Made by a program: the position numbers and the translations under genes
Shown here: positions 24,460-39,072 of the stretch, in pieces
Numbering within the stretch: the stretch's first letter is position 1
How the letters are laid out: each line of letters begins with the position of its first letter
Notes under the pieces: model-generated
Database searches by the model: none
The model's input: only the letters and a program-made list of their open reading frames with translations
Told to the model about the DNA's origin: nothing
Source of the DNA: Dimorphilus gyrociliatus
Lineage: Eukaryota; Animalia; Annelida
Direction of reading: 5' to 3'
Length of the DNA: 64,000 bases
Assembly: GCA_904063045.1 (NCBI GenBank)
Contig: CAJFCJ010000001.1
Span: forward strand, 372,001-436,000

Positions 24460-25691
24460 CTTTTGATATTCCTTTTCTCTCTTTCTCTGCTCACCGTCGA
24501 AACGTTCTGCTACGTTAACGATTATGATTATCTATTTAGTATGTTATTCTACTTTTAAATAGAAAAGAAATAATTAAAATACCTTAGTTACAACAAGTAT
24601 ATAATATATATATTAAGGTAAAATGGCAGTTTTCTGTAATTTTCCTAGATATACAATATATATATAAATGTATCAATTCCCCCTATATAAGATCGTAAAT
24701 ATTCTAAACACGCCCTGTTCGATTTACAATCGAGGCTTTTTTCCTTAACCCTGATTAATTTTCTTGATAGTACCGTTGAAATACTGTCATATTATTCCTC
24801 AATATCTACAGAAGGGAAAAAGAATTACGTAAATCGAATAAGGTTGGCGAAAAATAAAGCGGGTTGGCATCTGTTCGTCTTCGATTTTATGCCGTTAAAA
24901 TCTCGTCCCTCGATAAAAATTTTCTTCTGAACAAACTGTGATGTATTAGCCGCTTTTTAGTCCAGTATATTATTAGTTGACTGATAAATGTTCCTTTTGG
25001 TCAATTACTCTTATACTTTTATGAATTTCACGAAGAAATATCAACGGTTATATACAGTATTTGTAGTTTTAGATTATTTTTTTATGCAGAATTTTCTCTC
25101 TACCATCCTTTTTTCCTTCTTCCTCTTTTTTCCTACTAATCTTTCTACCGGAAGTGCCACCTCGACTCCGATTCTTAGCTAAAAAAAGTAAAGAGAGGAA
25201 GGAACCCAGCCCAATATATTGAATTAGAGAGCATTTTGCACAGTTGGATTATTGTTCTCGTACTGTAATCGGTCCAGTAGTCTGAAAACGTTTTACACTT
25301 TCGTCCTTTTCGTCATTTGTTTGGTTGAAAAGGAAAAAGCGGTAAAGATCGATTCCCCTTAGTTGTTACTCGAGTAAGCAGATGTGACGTCGACCGTTAA
25401 AACGCTCGAAAAACATTGACGTCTTTACGAAGTGGGGCGAGAGAGTGTTGACTAAAGATTTTTTTTTTAAATTAAATTTCTTTCCAAAAAGAAGAAAAAA
25501 AAAGATAAATCCTTTCTCGTTTTTAGTATTTATAAAGTATTTACTTGATATATAGACGCCATTTGCTGATTGGCTTATTTTCTTTAGAAGAAAAAATAAC
25601 CGATTATTGTTGAAAGTAAACGAGATATATTACGGAGGAAAAACAAATCTTTCGATAGGTGGCAGTTAGTGAAATCTGTCCAGGTAACGAA

Positions 25692-25704
25692 TGCCATCTA
25701 GCGG
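25692..25704 (-). promoter_or_regulatory. CTCF-like motif CCGCTAGATGGCA with a nearby CCAAT box (25568-25573)
   Basis: Strong CTCF-type 13-mer; promoter-like arrangement with no assigned gene. Confidence 0.45.
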
Positions 25705-28700
25705 TTTTGATACAGGATTTCCGTGGGAAGTTAGAGCGAAGAAAAGTTGACGCTTTTATCGAGCGTGTAAATATATGTTGGCAATAAAATGTCTCGGAAA
25801 ACACGCTTTACATTTCCTGCTATAAAAGAAACATTCTCGCTCACAAGTAGGCAAAACTATTTAAGATTCTATGTGAGCTTAAAAGGATCCATCAATCTAT
25901 ATTTGTGGTTTGGAAGCCAAAGTTCATCAATTTTGAAATCGTCTTAATAGGAAGAGAGGAAAGAGAAAGTATACTGGGCAAAAACAATCATTAATTCATA
26001 ACCAGTGCAGTCGCTGATCTGTAAATGTACGAAAAATGTATATAACAATAAATCATTCCTTATATTGTGACAGAGTTAAATTAAAATTAAGCTAATTTAA
26101 ATCATTTGAAGCTTTGTTTGTTAATGAAAGGTAATAAATATAGTCTAAAAGAGCGATTCTTTTATTGCATGTACATATATTAAAGGTATTGAATATAATT
26201 TACATTTGTCAATAATAGTACATAGTTGTTAAGAAGTATATAAGCTAAAGTATAAGTAATTTATAAATTGAAAGTAATGTTTATTCATAAAATGTACTAT
26301 CAAATGAACTATGCCTTAAGTGTAAAAAGGGAATTTTCCGCTTATATTATTAGTTGCTTTTATTTCAATAAATAAGCTGGTTGAAATTTCTTTTCACACG
26401 CATATTTCTCAGAAGTGTTTTGTAAAAACCTAAAAGATCTAATTTATTAAGCTTAAATAAGCCGAACAGTTAAGTCCTAGAAGCTGAGAAATCATACACG
26501 AATAACTGCCTTGGGAAATTGAATTTTGGCTACTTTGTATTTGCTATGCATGAATTTGTTTTCATCGACAAATGCCTGATTTGTTATATATGTACATATT
26601 ATAGTAATACTTTATTATAACAATCCGCTCTTGTTCATTATTGCTGTTAAGGGAAAATTTTGTATTGCTTTTAAAAGATAACATACACAAAAAATTTTAC
26701 CCCTTCCAATTAGTTGCTAAATACTAGATAGGAATGTTTATAGGTAAACTTGTTGGTTTAGTGCACTCTTAACACTTTTTAAGTTTGTTTTTAAACCATA
26801 TTTTGAGCTAATTGTCAACTAATCTATTTATTCGTTTAATTAAAAAATTTACAAAGTATAATCAAAGTGTGTTTACCCACCTATGGATTATCCAATTTCT
26901 CTTTTATCTTTCTACGCCCCAATAAAGGCTAAGGGTAAGGCTAAGCTATGTTTGCACTAATTTTATATACAGTTTTCCTAAATAAAAGGCACGACTTTTA
27001 AGTGGACACCTTAAAAAATAGAAATTCTACTCTTCAATGAATTCTGAACTTGACATGTGGGAAAAAATCGTAAGAAAAATGATGTAGTTAAATATTATGA
27101 TATAATTACTTGGCATCTCATATTTCTGAAGATACTAACGAAATGGTTAATTAAATTAGTGACATTTGCATTAATAAAGCCGTATACTGAATACATATAT
27201 AAATATGATGTAAATTGGAAGTTTATTTCCAGTATTCCTTCTCTTTTATTTATCTAGAATATCTCACGATGGTACAATAAGCTTAAATACAGCTGTACAT
27301 TCTAAATATATAAAATATACAACTAAATATCGTATATGCTTATTTATATTTATGTATTTATAGATATACACCATATATATCAACATTTAAGTTGTATTTC
27401 AAGTTCGTTATTAATTTATGTACTCCATATCTATATATCTATATATAGATATAATACAAAACTCATATATCTATAGCAATATGTATATATAATATAATAC
27501 AATAAATTTTACAACAAGAGGACCCATATGTAGATTGCTAAAAAAGAGGAAAAAATTTCGATCGTTAGTTGAAATGGATCAAAATGACATCTCTCTACTA
27601 TCAGTTTATACAATCTATCCCCCCTTTCATACAATTCCAAAGAAATCTATGCTCTACTATCGTCCGTTAGCCTCTCTGTACGAGCTCTTCCGAACCAAAA
27701 AATACTCTTCCTTTTCTCCATCTTAGCATAGTAACTAAACGAAAAAGAGACAGCTAGCGGCGTTTAGTTATTCGGTTACACGTTCGAACCTTACAGGCCT
27801 ACTTTCCAACCAAGCAGCAAATAATTAAAGATAGAATGAGATTTTTTCCACCCGTTTTCTTTAGGTAAATTCGCACATATACCAATTAGAAGAAAACAAA
27901 TAGAAGTGTAAAGAAATTGCATGAATTTTTTCGCAAAGCTTATCCAATAGGCATTAAGGTAAGCTATTTAATTACATTTCCTATAAATATATTTATGTAT
28001 TTGACTTCGCATTCATGCGAATGCAAACATAATATATTCATGAGTAGACTACTGGAAAAGGATCAATGCAGCTCTTTTTTATCGTCTCTTTTCGAATTGA
28101 CTGTTTTCCGTTTGTTTCACTTTAAGCATAAACACCTTATTTAGCTAAGCGGAATGTTAAATGTTATTAATTATAATAATATAAAGAAGAGATAAGCCAA
28201 CAGTTCAGAGTAGCTCTAATCCGGAGGAAGACGTGAAGGGTGAGGACAAACAGTTAGAAATGTCTTTCATAAGCACTAATATTTTCTGAATATATGAAGT
28301 ATATATATGTGTGTATGTGTGCATATATATATATATATAGTATAGATGTATTTGTTTTTATATTTATATATGGATAAATGTATATGTTGTACACACATAT
28401 ATATATATAGATAGTATATATACTCAAGTTTTCGTTTATCTTTATCAATATATATATATATATATCAATGGAAGAAAGTAATACTCCTATATGATTCCAA
28501 AGATATTCGTATTATTTATAATTATTGATATTTGCAAATTGGTAGTATTAACTTTAACAAAATCTGTATTTCTCCTTTTGACAAGAATATAATGAAATCT
28601 GTAATTTTCCCCCTTTTGTGCTGTGAGGTCATTATTCCTGATAATTGCACACTTTTTTCTATCAATATTAAAATAATGAAATCTGTACCACCTGTAAAAA

Positions 28701-28717
28701 ATAAAGAAAATTATAGG

Positions 28718-28728
28718 TAGATGGCGCT
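28718..28728 (+). promoter_or_regulatory. CTCF-like motif TAGATGGCGCT upstream of TRHR
   Basis: Exact 11-mer about 265 bp upstream of the ATG. Confidence 0.5.
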
Positions 28729-28982
28729 GGAAAAGAGCGCTCACCAGTTTGTCGACAAAGCGTCACCAGCTTCAGTTTGTTGGATAAAACCTTAGCAACT
28801 TTTTTTGTTTTCAGGCTTTTAATTTGAAGATAGACATTGACTTTGTTTCTGCTTTTGCCTGTAAGCGATAAGGAAGAAAGAAGAAAGTATGGCAGAGTTT
28901 AATTAGCCTATAAAACGAGAATTTGCCTATCTCCTATCAGCCGAAATTCGTTGCAGACTTTCTTCTAAACAACTCCGACGTC

Positions 28983-31900
28983 ATGCTGAACAATTCGTCT
29001 GGTAATACCTCGAGCCAGCAAGCTCTCCTATACCAAATTATTGGTCAAAGCGTAGTAGGAGTCATATTTATCGTTGGTATAATAGGAAACATAATGGTTA
29101 TATTAGTTGTAGCAAGAACGAAAAGTATGAGAACACCAACCAATTGTTACCTTCTTTCTCTGGCTGTAGCGGATTGCTTGGCGCTATTAAGCACAACTAT
29201 ACCTATTCAAGTAGACTTTCACATCCAGACAGGAAGATGGGTTTTTGGAGAAGTAGGCTGTCGGATTATCATATTTTGTCAATATACAACAACTACTGCT
29301 TCTGTATTATCAATAACTGCCTTTACTATAGAGCGTTATATTGCAATTTGCCATCCTATGAAGGCCCAGACTGTCTGCACTGTGAGTAGAGCCAAAAGGA
29401 TAATAGGAGGTACCTGGGGATTTTCTCTTGTATATAACTCCCCTTGGTTGTTTTTCGTGAAAATTACTACGAACAATTCAAAAATACCAATATGCGACTT
29501 TTCCTTGGACAGAAAGCATTATATTGTTATCTATATGTGCGATTTAATGCTACTATATGTAAGTCCTCTACTGCTGACTTGCGTCCTCTATGGCCTAATC
29601 GGACGGATGTTATTTAGAAATCTGACACCAGGAGGACACAATGACTCGGCCAAGCGATCTAGCTCTAGAGTACAGGTAATGGCTTTCGTGACGGAATGTA
29701 GAGATAGAATCTATAAAGCTTTCCTTAAAAAATTTTCGCTTTTACTATCGTAATCCTATACCCATAGCTACATGAATGGTTTATATTTATATACCTCGAA
29801 AAATGAATACTTTTCCTATTTCTAAACTAATTAGCTAATGTATATAATCTCTCTCTCTTTCTCACTTCTGTTTCCTACTTTATTTCTATCTCTTGTCCTA
29901 CATTTTCTCTCTCTTCCTCCCCTTTTTCCAATGCTTTCTCTCCTACAATCATCATTCCATTCTAAGTAGATTTGAAAAGTTATATATATATATATATTAT
30001 ATATCAATGCTGGTTTTGAAAGGGAGACTTTCTTAAAGGCAATTAACAAGATGATTTAATATTACATTATGAGAAAATTTTTTTAATTTGTTTTTTTTTT
30101 CAATTAACATGGTAAAATGTGTTTTCTAATGGAATTTAACTTAATCAATGTTTCAAAACAGCTTGGCTTTTCTATTTGAAGGGAGAAAACTGTTTGGCTT
30201 TTTTTGCTACACAGAAATTTTAGGTTGTAATTTATAAGCAGAAAAGCAATGATTGAAAAACGAAAAGTATTTAATGTTATTAAACGAACGATTATGATAT
30301 ATGAAAATAAAAGTAATAAGAGATTGGAAAAGTGCATAAAGAATATTAAATTGGTACGGTACTTTCTTTTCTATTTAAACAACGAAAGACATCTCTTTTC
30401 CAAATAGAGTATACATATATAGATATATTTTGTGATGGATATATACTCTAAATTTAAGTATAGAATTTCTAAAAATGATAGATAATATAAGGAAATGTAT
30501 GAAAAATGCTTCTTGATAGAAATAAGAAATAAGGCAAGTTAATATTAGTTTTAAGAATTCGATATCGATACATGATACGTTTATATTCCCATGTAAGATA
30601 TACTATAATATAAAAATATTAAGCTAATATAATTTAAAGAGTGCATTTACGTCCAAGGTAGTAAGTTCCACTGACCTCTCTTACTATATTAAAATCTAGC
30701 TTATCCAAATTAATAATAGTTTCTATAGAAATAAACCTAGTGGTTTTTCCCTTAAGGCGGTATCAATCAGTGCGTAAGGCGTTTAGAATTGGAAATGATA
30801 TTTCCAGCTCTAATTTAGTGACTCTTCAGTTGTTTCTCTCCTCTTTGAAACCGTTCTTACATATCTATTCAATATAAATTTGTGTAGTTGTTTCTACTTA
30901 GCGTCTTATTTATCTTTAACAAAGAATTTCCCATTGTCTTTTATTATTAAGTAATGAAATAAAGAACCCAATTGAAGGCCAAAACGTCGATAGGATCAAT
31001 GAGAAACGATTTCTCAATCAAGCACGACAATTTAGCTTTGCCACTCCATAAACCAATTAAACAAATTAAAATTGAGAGAGAAAAATGAATCACGTGATTG
31101 AGAGCCGAATAAATCTTCAGATTTCTTTGTGAGGCATTGAATCGTGCGATTATCGATCGTAAATTCGACTCTAAAACCTAGAAAATTAGCTTTGTTTCAT
31201 CGCTTCATCTGCCTGGAATGTAGGTCTATTACTCATAAATATTATTTTTTTTTTGCTGTATATTTTAGGGTTAGCGTATAAAACCGGATATTCTATAGAT
31301 CAATCGTTCATTCCATAGATTAGGTGCTAGCATACGTTTTCTTTAATATAACTGGTTGTACTAAAGATTAACGTTGATATCTCTTGCGGTATGTAATATA
31401 AAGTTTTAGACTTTATACTGCGCATAAAACTTGAAGCATCGCCTAAAAAAATCATTTGGTAACCTTCTTTCGGCCGTCTGTCAGAGAAATTGATAAAAAT
31501 TGTATAAATCTTTGATAACTAGAGTTCGAATTTTATATTGATATATAATTATAATGTATAATATTGTCTTTGATGGAAAAGCATATCTATTATTCAAATT
31601 ATTGTATGTTAGGTGTATAGGTCTTTGTAGGCATAAAGCTGAATTTATATGTAATTACTGTGCGTAAATAGATAATCATACCTATATATATATATATATA
31701 TTAAATTGAACCAAGACTGCGAAAAAATCCGATTACTTACATGATAAAGTCATTTCTAAAACATGAAAAATTTCGTTTCCATCTATATCTTCCTCATTTC
31801 AAGTTTCCCTAATCGATTTCTAATTTCTCTCTAAACTAATTAAATAATATAAAAAAAATAAGATGAAAGATGAAGGGGAAAAACTAAAATTGCCTAATAA

Positions 31901-33021
31901 GAATGCAAAAAGACAAAAGATCTTATATCGTATTAAAGGAAAAGGTTTAGTTCGCGACAGAGGTAAAAGATGGTTGGGAACAATAGAAATTTTTTAAAAA
32001 AGGCAGTGAGAGTAGCCATGATTGATTTTTCTATAGACTAGATTTCTGGAAATTCACCCCATCAAACTCCCAATTGAATTTAGTAATTTGTCAGCGTAAA
32101 AGAGAACTAATTAACCAAAGTCGAATTGAAAACTATCTCACGATAATCTCTTAAAACTTCATAGTCTCATAATTCAATGTATTGTGTTTCAATTGTTTCG
32201 CTATAAAAGAACACGAAACTTCGAAAATGTCTATTGATAATTTAAGATATTAATAAAAAGGCAGACAAAACCTTTAATAGGTTTCTGAAAGAGGTAAAGT
32301 AAACTTTGTAGGATCTATCAAAAAAGAGTTAATAGCCGTTTTCTTCCGCCTCCTATCACGTTCTTACTAACCGGATATGTGGGAAGTATTCGGCCAAAGT
32401 CTATATGGCAAGGATGGCAGTTTGAAAGGTTGAAAGCTAATCAGGTGATATAACGAATGTAGGAATACGGAAATCGTTCGTCGACTCAGTGATGTTGATG
32501 ATAAAGCGTCTAATTTATTTTTTGCCTCCTATCTAAAGGGTCATCGAATATGTAAAATTATCTTTCTAGACTAAAGTAAACGACTAGTTTCCAATCTGCA
32601 ACCAAAATATACGTATCGTTTTTTGTACTTGCATCTAGTGAATGTATAGAAGGACGCTACCCTAATCTAACCTTGTATATGCATTTCATAATTCATTTTG
32701 TAAGAACAACTAAACGTATTACAGGTTATCAAAATGCTTGCTGTAGTCGTCGCCCTGTTCGCTCTACTCTGGATGCCTTATAGGATATGGGTCGTTTATA
32801 ATTCGTTCGCAAAAAATCGCTATTCAAACATCTGGTTCCGCTTGTTCTGCCGAGTTCTCATCTACGCCAACAGCGCCATAAATCCGATCCTCTATAACGC
32901 CATGTCAGCCAAGTTCCGAAGGGCATTTCGAAGCTTACCTTCTTGCGGGAAAAGCGACTATAACGGTAATAAATTTGCGAGTCCAACTCAGTACAGCAGG
33001 GTTGCTGTTGAGATGCGTTGA
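28983..33021 (+). CDS. TRHR: Thyrotropin-releasing hormone receptor-type class A GPCR, 329 aa
   Basis: join(28983..29675,32725..33021); phase-0 intron at SSRVQ|VIKML. TRHR-typical motifs [71 protein letters not shown]-terminal NxS glycosylation sequons. Confidence 0.88.
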
Positions 33022-34091
33022 GTTTTTAGTTTTAATATATTATTCATTATTTCTTTTCTTTAGTTGAGTGTCGTATAAATAAAACTTGATGGGCGTTCAT
33101 CTTTCTAAGTTATGTCCTTTTTTATTCCTAAATATTCGATTAGTTTGGCATTCTTTTAATAAAAATAATATAAATGCAATTAGTAAAATGTTATTAAACA
33201 TTATAGTTTTTTCATATATTTCATTTTCATCCAGTTCAGTTTTATAGTGCTACCATAAACTCATCAATAACATATTTTTAATTCGACGCTTCCACCGGCT
33301 CAGTCGTGACGTCTTCCGTGAAATATGGGTTCCGCCCATATTTTACTCCACCAAACCATTAACTTACGAATTAAGTCCATAGATAAATATAATAAAGTAT
33401 GTGTAACAGGTTCTAAGGACAATATTAAGTTATTTAATCAAATATTTATGTACAATTTCTTTTTGTCAAATCAATTATAATCTTACTACTTTTTCTTTAA
33501 AAAAAATTAATAAATTACATAAATCATCAATTATAAACTGATTATATGAAATTGTATTAAAGAATCTCTTAAGAGTCCTCACAAGAAAAGATAATTAAGC
33601 TACAAAAAAAACCTATTCCTTATATACAAAGATCTATAAATACATCTATTTGCTTAGAATAAATAACAATTTCCCAGATCTATACCATTCTTTTTATATT
33701 TATTTTTTCTACAGATTAATTAAGTGACTATAGCAATAAAATGGTTTCACTTTTTTCAAATTTAATGAATATTTTAACTAAATTGGTCCGATTAGAACTT
33801 TTTTTTTAGTGACATTTTGTATAGATTGAAATAGAATTTTTGGAAATGTATAAAAAATTACTTCAATTTATTTCACTTCCTTAACCTCCGGCAATATTTG
33901 AAGTTGAGTTGGCGTGCTAAAAATTGTCAAAGTCATCTACTTAATTGCTCAACGTTTTAAAAGATATTTCGCCTTTTTCTTCTACGATTTTGTCCATTTC
34001 CCTCTTCCTTTCCATTTTTTTCGCCCACATTTCTCTCTCTGTTTCTGTCCCTCTCCTTCCCCTTTCGCTTCCTCTCCCCTCCCTCGTTTCC

Positions 34092-34235
34092 ACTCTCTCT
34101 CTTTCTCTGTGTATCTCTCTCTGTGTATCTCTCTCTCTCTCTCTTTCTCTCTCTTTCTCTGTATCTCTCTCTCCGTGTATCTCTCTCTTCTCTCTCAGTA
34201 CATCTCTCTATACTATCTTTCTTCCATCTCTATCT
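34092..34235. repeat. Imperfect (TC)n pyrimidine tract
   Basis: Directly visible. Confidence 0.8.
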
Positions 34236-35021
34236 TCTTCCATTAAAAAACACTAATTTTTCATTTGATAAAGAAATTAAAAGAAAAAGCAGAAACAGAT
34301 ACTGGCAGAGAGGAAAATGAGAACATTAAAAAAATTTAGCAGGTTTTTTTAAGATAATTAAGTGAAAACAGACCAAAAAAATTGAAAGGTTTCTCTTACC
34401 TTGTCTGAAAAAAAGGGGAAGAATGGACCAAGTAAGAAATAACCTGTCTGTCCCCATAACATCTCTCTGCTATAATTTTTCAACAGAATTTAATTGACTT
34501 TGTCCTCTTTTTATCATATTTTTTAAGACATCAATTGCTTTCCTCTTATGTTTATTTTTAAGAAAAAATTTGTTTCCAAGTTTCCTAGACATGCAAAAAA
34601 TTCCGGGGTAATTAATAGGCCTAAAATGTAAAGGCTGTGGGAGGGGGAGTTTCTCATTCCATTTCCTCTCTATCTTTCCTTCTATCTTTCTGTTTTCTCT
34701 CTATCTCTCTCTCTCTATATATGTATATGTATACATATACATATTCTCTGGCTCTTCCTCTCATACACTGTTTCGTCTTTTTCTCTTTTTCTTTCCCTTT
34801 CTCTCACTCTTTTCACTCACTCTTTCACCCTTACCCCTTTCTATGGCTCTCACACACTCTTCGACTTTATTTTGTCTATTTGCTAAACTAAACAGTCCCT
34901 TACACCCTGCTTGCAAAATAATTGTGCATATGGAGAGAAATAATGCTTTATTGTTTCCTTTTATAATTTCCAGTCTTTTGCCTTTTAGACTTTTTCACTT
35001 TCAGGGATTAATTTATACTGA

Positions 35022-35055
<34 letters not shown>

Positions 35056-38000
35056 CTATATACTAATATATACCTTAATAAAAGGCTCGTTCCAAATATT
35101 TCATATCTAAAAACAGATATTACACCCGATTTATTTCTTGCTTATAAAAATAAATACACATTTTTGTAGTTGATAAGGGCAACAATTAGGATAAATCGAC
35201 GCTTGAGATCTCTAAATGACGTCAAAGATGAAACTGATATAGTGATTAGCTATACCCCCATCTGGAGTGTAAGACACCGAATTTATACTAAGAAAATGAG
35301 CGAAGGTATCAAATTAACGATAGGCTTATAGAAATTGACTATGATTTCCTATTCCTATTCTTTAAATATATCATACTAAATGGCAAGATTTTTTTTACAT
35401 TAGATTTATTACTGTTCTCAGTAAAAAAGTGGTCTAGATGGCTCTGTATATAGGCAACGATAGTGTCTATTGATAATTAGGAGCTTTGACCACTTAAGGC
35501 ATATGTTGGCTTTAGGCGATATTTATTGCTAGGAATATAGATTAATTAATTGTTGTAAAAAAACGAATCATAATATCATAATGGGTTTTTCCTAGATGTG
35601 CGAGCCTTTAAGGGAATATGAATATCCCTAATGTATATTCAATACAGTAATCTCGACAACTAAGAAGCTAAGACCTTGTTATTTTCAAGTGAATTTAGAT
35701 TCTGATTGAAATCTGGTAACAAAAGGGAAATTGGTATCTTATATTACTTAATATAGATGGCAATCGATGATAATTCTACTACGTAATAACATATATTAAT
35801 ATTAATATCTTGATGATACAGAGTATATTGTATAAGATGAAAAGAACAGGTTATAGAGATATCATGTCTTATGCCAAACCCTTTAAGTTTCAAGTCACGC
35901 TTAGAGCATATCTCTATCATTCCCTTTTCACTTTTCTTACAGTAATCATTGATTGATTACGAAAAAATCTTATCTTTACAATATTCTGGTTTTCGTAGTC
36001 GTTAATAGAAATTGTAAAAGGGAGTTTCTATGGCTTAAAACAGAAAAAGATAGGTAATACGGCAAATTGCAGATAAATCCAAAAAATCAACAACTGTTCC
36101 AAAATAAATACGAGCTGAAATCCTTATTCCATCCGGGTCCTTTTCTCCTAAACCCCCGTCAAAAAATAATACAAATGAAAGTTATTTTTTTGAAATATGG
36201 CTGGATTATTAGCAAGTCATACAGTTTTCATTTATCCTGATTTCGCTATATCTGACTACCAGCCCCTGCAATGCTAGCTATAATAATCATTGTTATTGTT
36301 AAGGCTTTTATGTATGCATCTTTCAGCATAGGTTTTATTTTTAGGCAATGAATAGCCTTTTAAAAACAATATTACAAATCTTACGTACAACTTTATAATC
36401 GCAAAGGATTTGCTTGGATAAAAGACTTAGTAGGGTTTCAATAGAAAAGAGAAAACTAGAAAAAAGAGAGATAATGAAAGACATGCCGACTATGCTGACT
36501 AAAGACGAACAAGTGTCACAAAACCTTTTTACTATTGCGGTGTAACAATAGATGGAGCCACAAGTAGAGCAGTTTACAACCTCCCTCTGGAGTAATAAAT
36601 AGAGACGAGGTCAAAAAAGTTCATATCAGTACGTGTTTCCTAGCGAAATTAGATGCAAGGGGGTGGAACGAACAGATGATCGAGTTTAGGGAAATAGCGA
36701 AAGATAATCGAGCATAATCGACCGTCACTAAGCGTCTGCTAATGAAGTTAATTTAAAAAAACATTCATCAAGGCCATATGTCTCTAGAAGATAAGGAAAG
36801 AAAAGCTACAGTTTTTAATCAATATAATAAAAATTAAGAGATTTTTTTAATTAAAAATTAACAGTCTATTTAAGTAATACAATCAATATTTACTATTTGC
36901 TGTATATACAAAATATACATAAACCTATTTTATATAAACATTGCTCTATACAGTATACTATACGATATATATATTCATTTATTTTCAATGAAAGTCATCC
37001 ACAATTCGTTAAATTCGTTATAAATCGCTAAAATATGTTTCTGCACCATTAAGCAGATGAAGGATCTAGTTATAGTCGAAAAAGATGTATTATGTATTGA
37101 GAAAATAGTAAAAATAGCCTATGCGAAAGGAATGATTAATTACGCAATCTGACTCTCAGTTTTTTTTTCTTTTTAATAAATTGAAAATAATAGATGGACC
37201 TTAGTACATATAAAATATATAAACGCCTCATTTTGAAGGTCTAATGATTTTAAGTGCGTAGTTAAAGGTCGTCTAAGTGAAAAATTACTATATATTAGAT
37301 GAAAAATGTACTATATAAGGCATGTTTTTATCCCTACGTGACGTCAACACGAAATGTAATACAAACATTTATTATTATGACACATTTACAATAAGGTAGT
37401 AAAGCCTATTATATTTTTAACAGATATGTAAGCTCCCTTCAACGTCATATAGGCTTAAAGTGATGTTGCCTGTAAAAATAATACATCTGCAAGTACTACA
37501 TTTTAGACCATTTCGAGTGTAAAATAGTAATTACTCACTATGCTTTTTACCCCCTATGATCATCAAATACTCGATGCGTAAAGTGTGAAAAGATCGACTA
37601 TCTGGATTATTTATACACCCTTATTACTCTTATTACACAATTTGTAATGAATAGTTTTTACTAGATAGAAAAGAGAAAAGAGAGGAATCGTCAAATGTAT
37701 AATAGAAAATTAACAATTATTATACGCCTGTAAAGGGGCAGGAGGAGGCAGGGGAGAGGCAGTGACGAGGAGGAGGGAGGAGGAATAAAGAGGGAAAAGA
37801 AGAAAATAAATAAATAAGAAAGATTGGAAGGTAAGAAAAAGGAGTTATATATTTTCTCTGTGAGTTCTACGTGCCAAAGTTATGTTATTATTAAGCGAAC
37901 GAAATTAGATTAGAAATTAGAGGAAATTTCGTCTGTAAGATGGGGAAAGCCGGAAATAGAAAGACGGTTTTGATGGAACAAATTGAGCAAAGGGCCGTTC

Positions 38001-38233
38001 TTGACATTTGGAAATAGAAAAGTTATAGTGTTAATTATCAATATAAAAGACACTTTTGCTATCTTCAGATAATGGTTTCTTTGAAAAACTAGCGATTACG
38101 TTGCCCTAAAAATGTTGTATCATTATTAAGCATCAAATTGGGAATGTGTTACCGTATGCATCATGCATCATGTGCAGCAATATGCCCTCAGGGTAAATTT
38201 CTTTGTGCCCATATACATCGATTGAATGTATTA

Positions 38234-38244
38234 TAGATGGCGCT
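38234..38244 (+). promoter_or_regulatory. CTCF-like motif TAGATGGCGCT upstream of robo (second partial copy at 38618-38627)
   Basis: Exact 11-mer about 840 bp upstream of the ATG. Confidence 0.5.
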
Positions 38245-39072
38245 GACAATTAAATTAATTTCACCCTGCTAGTTGCTGAATCTGCTTAGCCAACTAGGGG
38301 GGGATTTTTTGATAGAAACATGATAATGCAATTCGTCAACCGAACCGAAATAGGCTAGGATTCCGCAGAAAATAATTATCATGTAAAATTAATGGCGATA
38401 CCCCCAATGAGAGGGTATGATAAACTTTCCCTATCCCTCAACCCAAACACACTTCATGTTACATACTGTTTCCCTTTATTTTGCGCCCAAAAATTCACAC
38501 TGGGATAATAATTTCAAATACAATTTAACAAAACGCCATTATCAGGTGGTCTGATTCATGCCCCTTTAAGGGATATAATTGGTATTATAAGTAGTATTGG
38601 GCGAGTTGATTTTTTCAACGCCATCTAACGGTGGAGCGCCATTCACTATTTAGAAGCAAAGCAGGCAGAGTAGTTAACTCTCTGGAGCAAATTTGACAGG
38701 AGAATTTGATACATTTGATGCGTTTTCCAGCAATTTGGAAGAAAAGAATCGAATTTCAGATTGAAAAAGAATCAAAATACAACAACGATTGCCGCTGAAG
38801 AATGCTTAAGGATTCTTTATTTAGGATAAAAGAAAACGAATTCTGTTTCTAGCCTGACCTAGAAAAGTAGAGGTGTTTGGGAATGTTTTAAGAAGAATTA
38901 TTGGCGCCTAGTATTGAAAGTTGCGCTAGTTTTACGTCGATTTTTTTCGTTCTATTTGCTCTGTTAGGAAAATATGAACGTATGAACTCAGGGATTATCG
39001 ATTAGCTTTTGTGTTTTTTACTACGCTAGTCTTCTCTCCTTTCGCCTATTTCGGATAATTAATGATGAAAGC

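Noticed and set aside
29676-29753. ORF-track extension of TRHR (276 aa ending ...KKFSLLLS)
   Set aside because: This is read-through into intron 1 past a good CAG|GTAATG donor; TM6-TM7 are in exon 32725..33021.
32310-32447. Open frame ending in CAG|GTGATA inside the TRHR intron (possible ICL3 cassette exon)
   Set aside because: The available acceptors are not phase 0 in the open frame, so inclusion would frameshift or stop.
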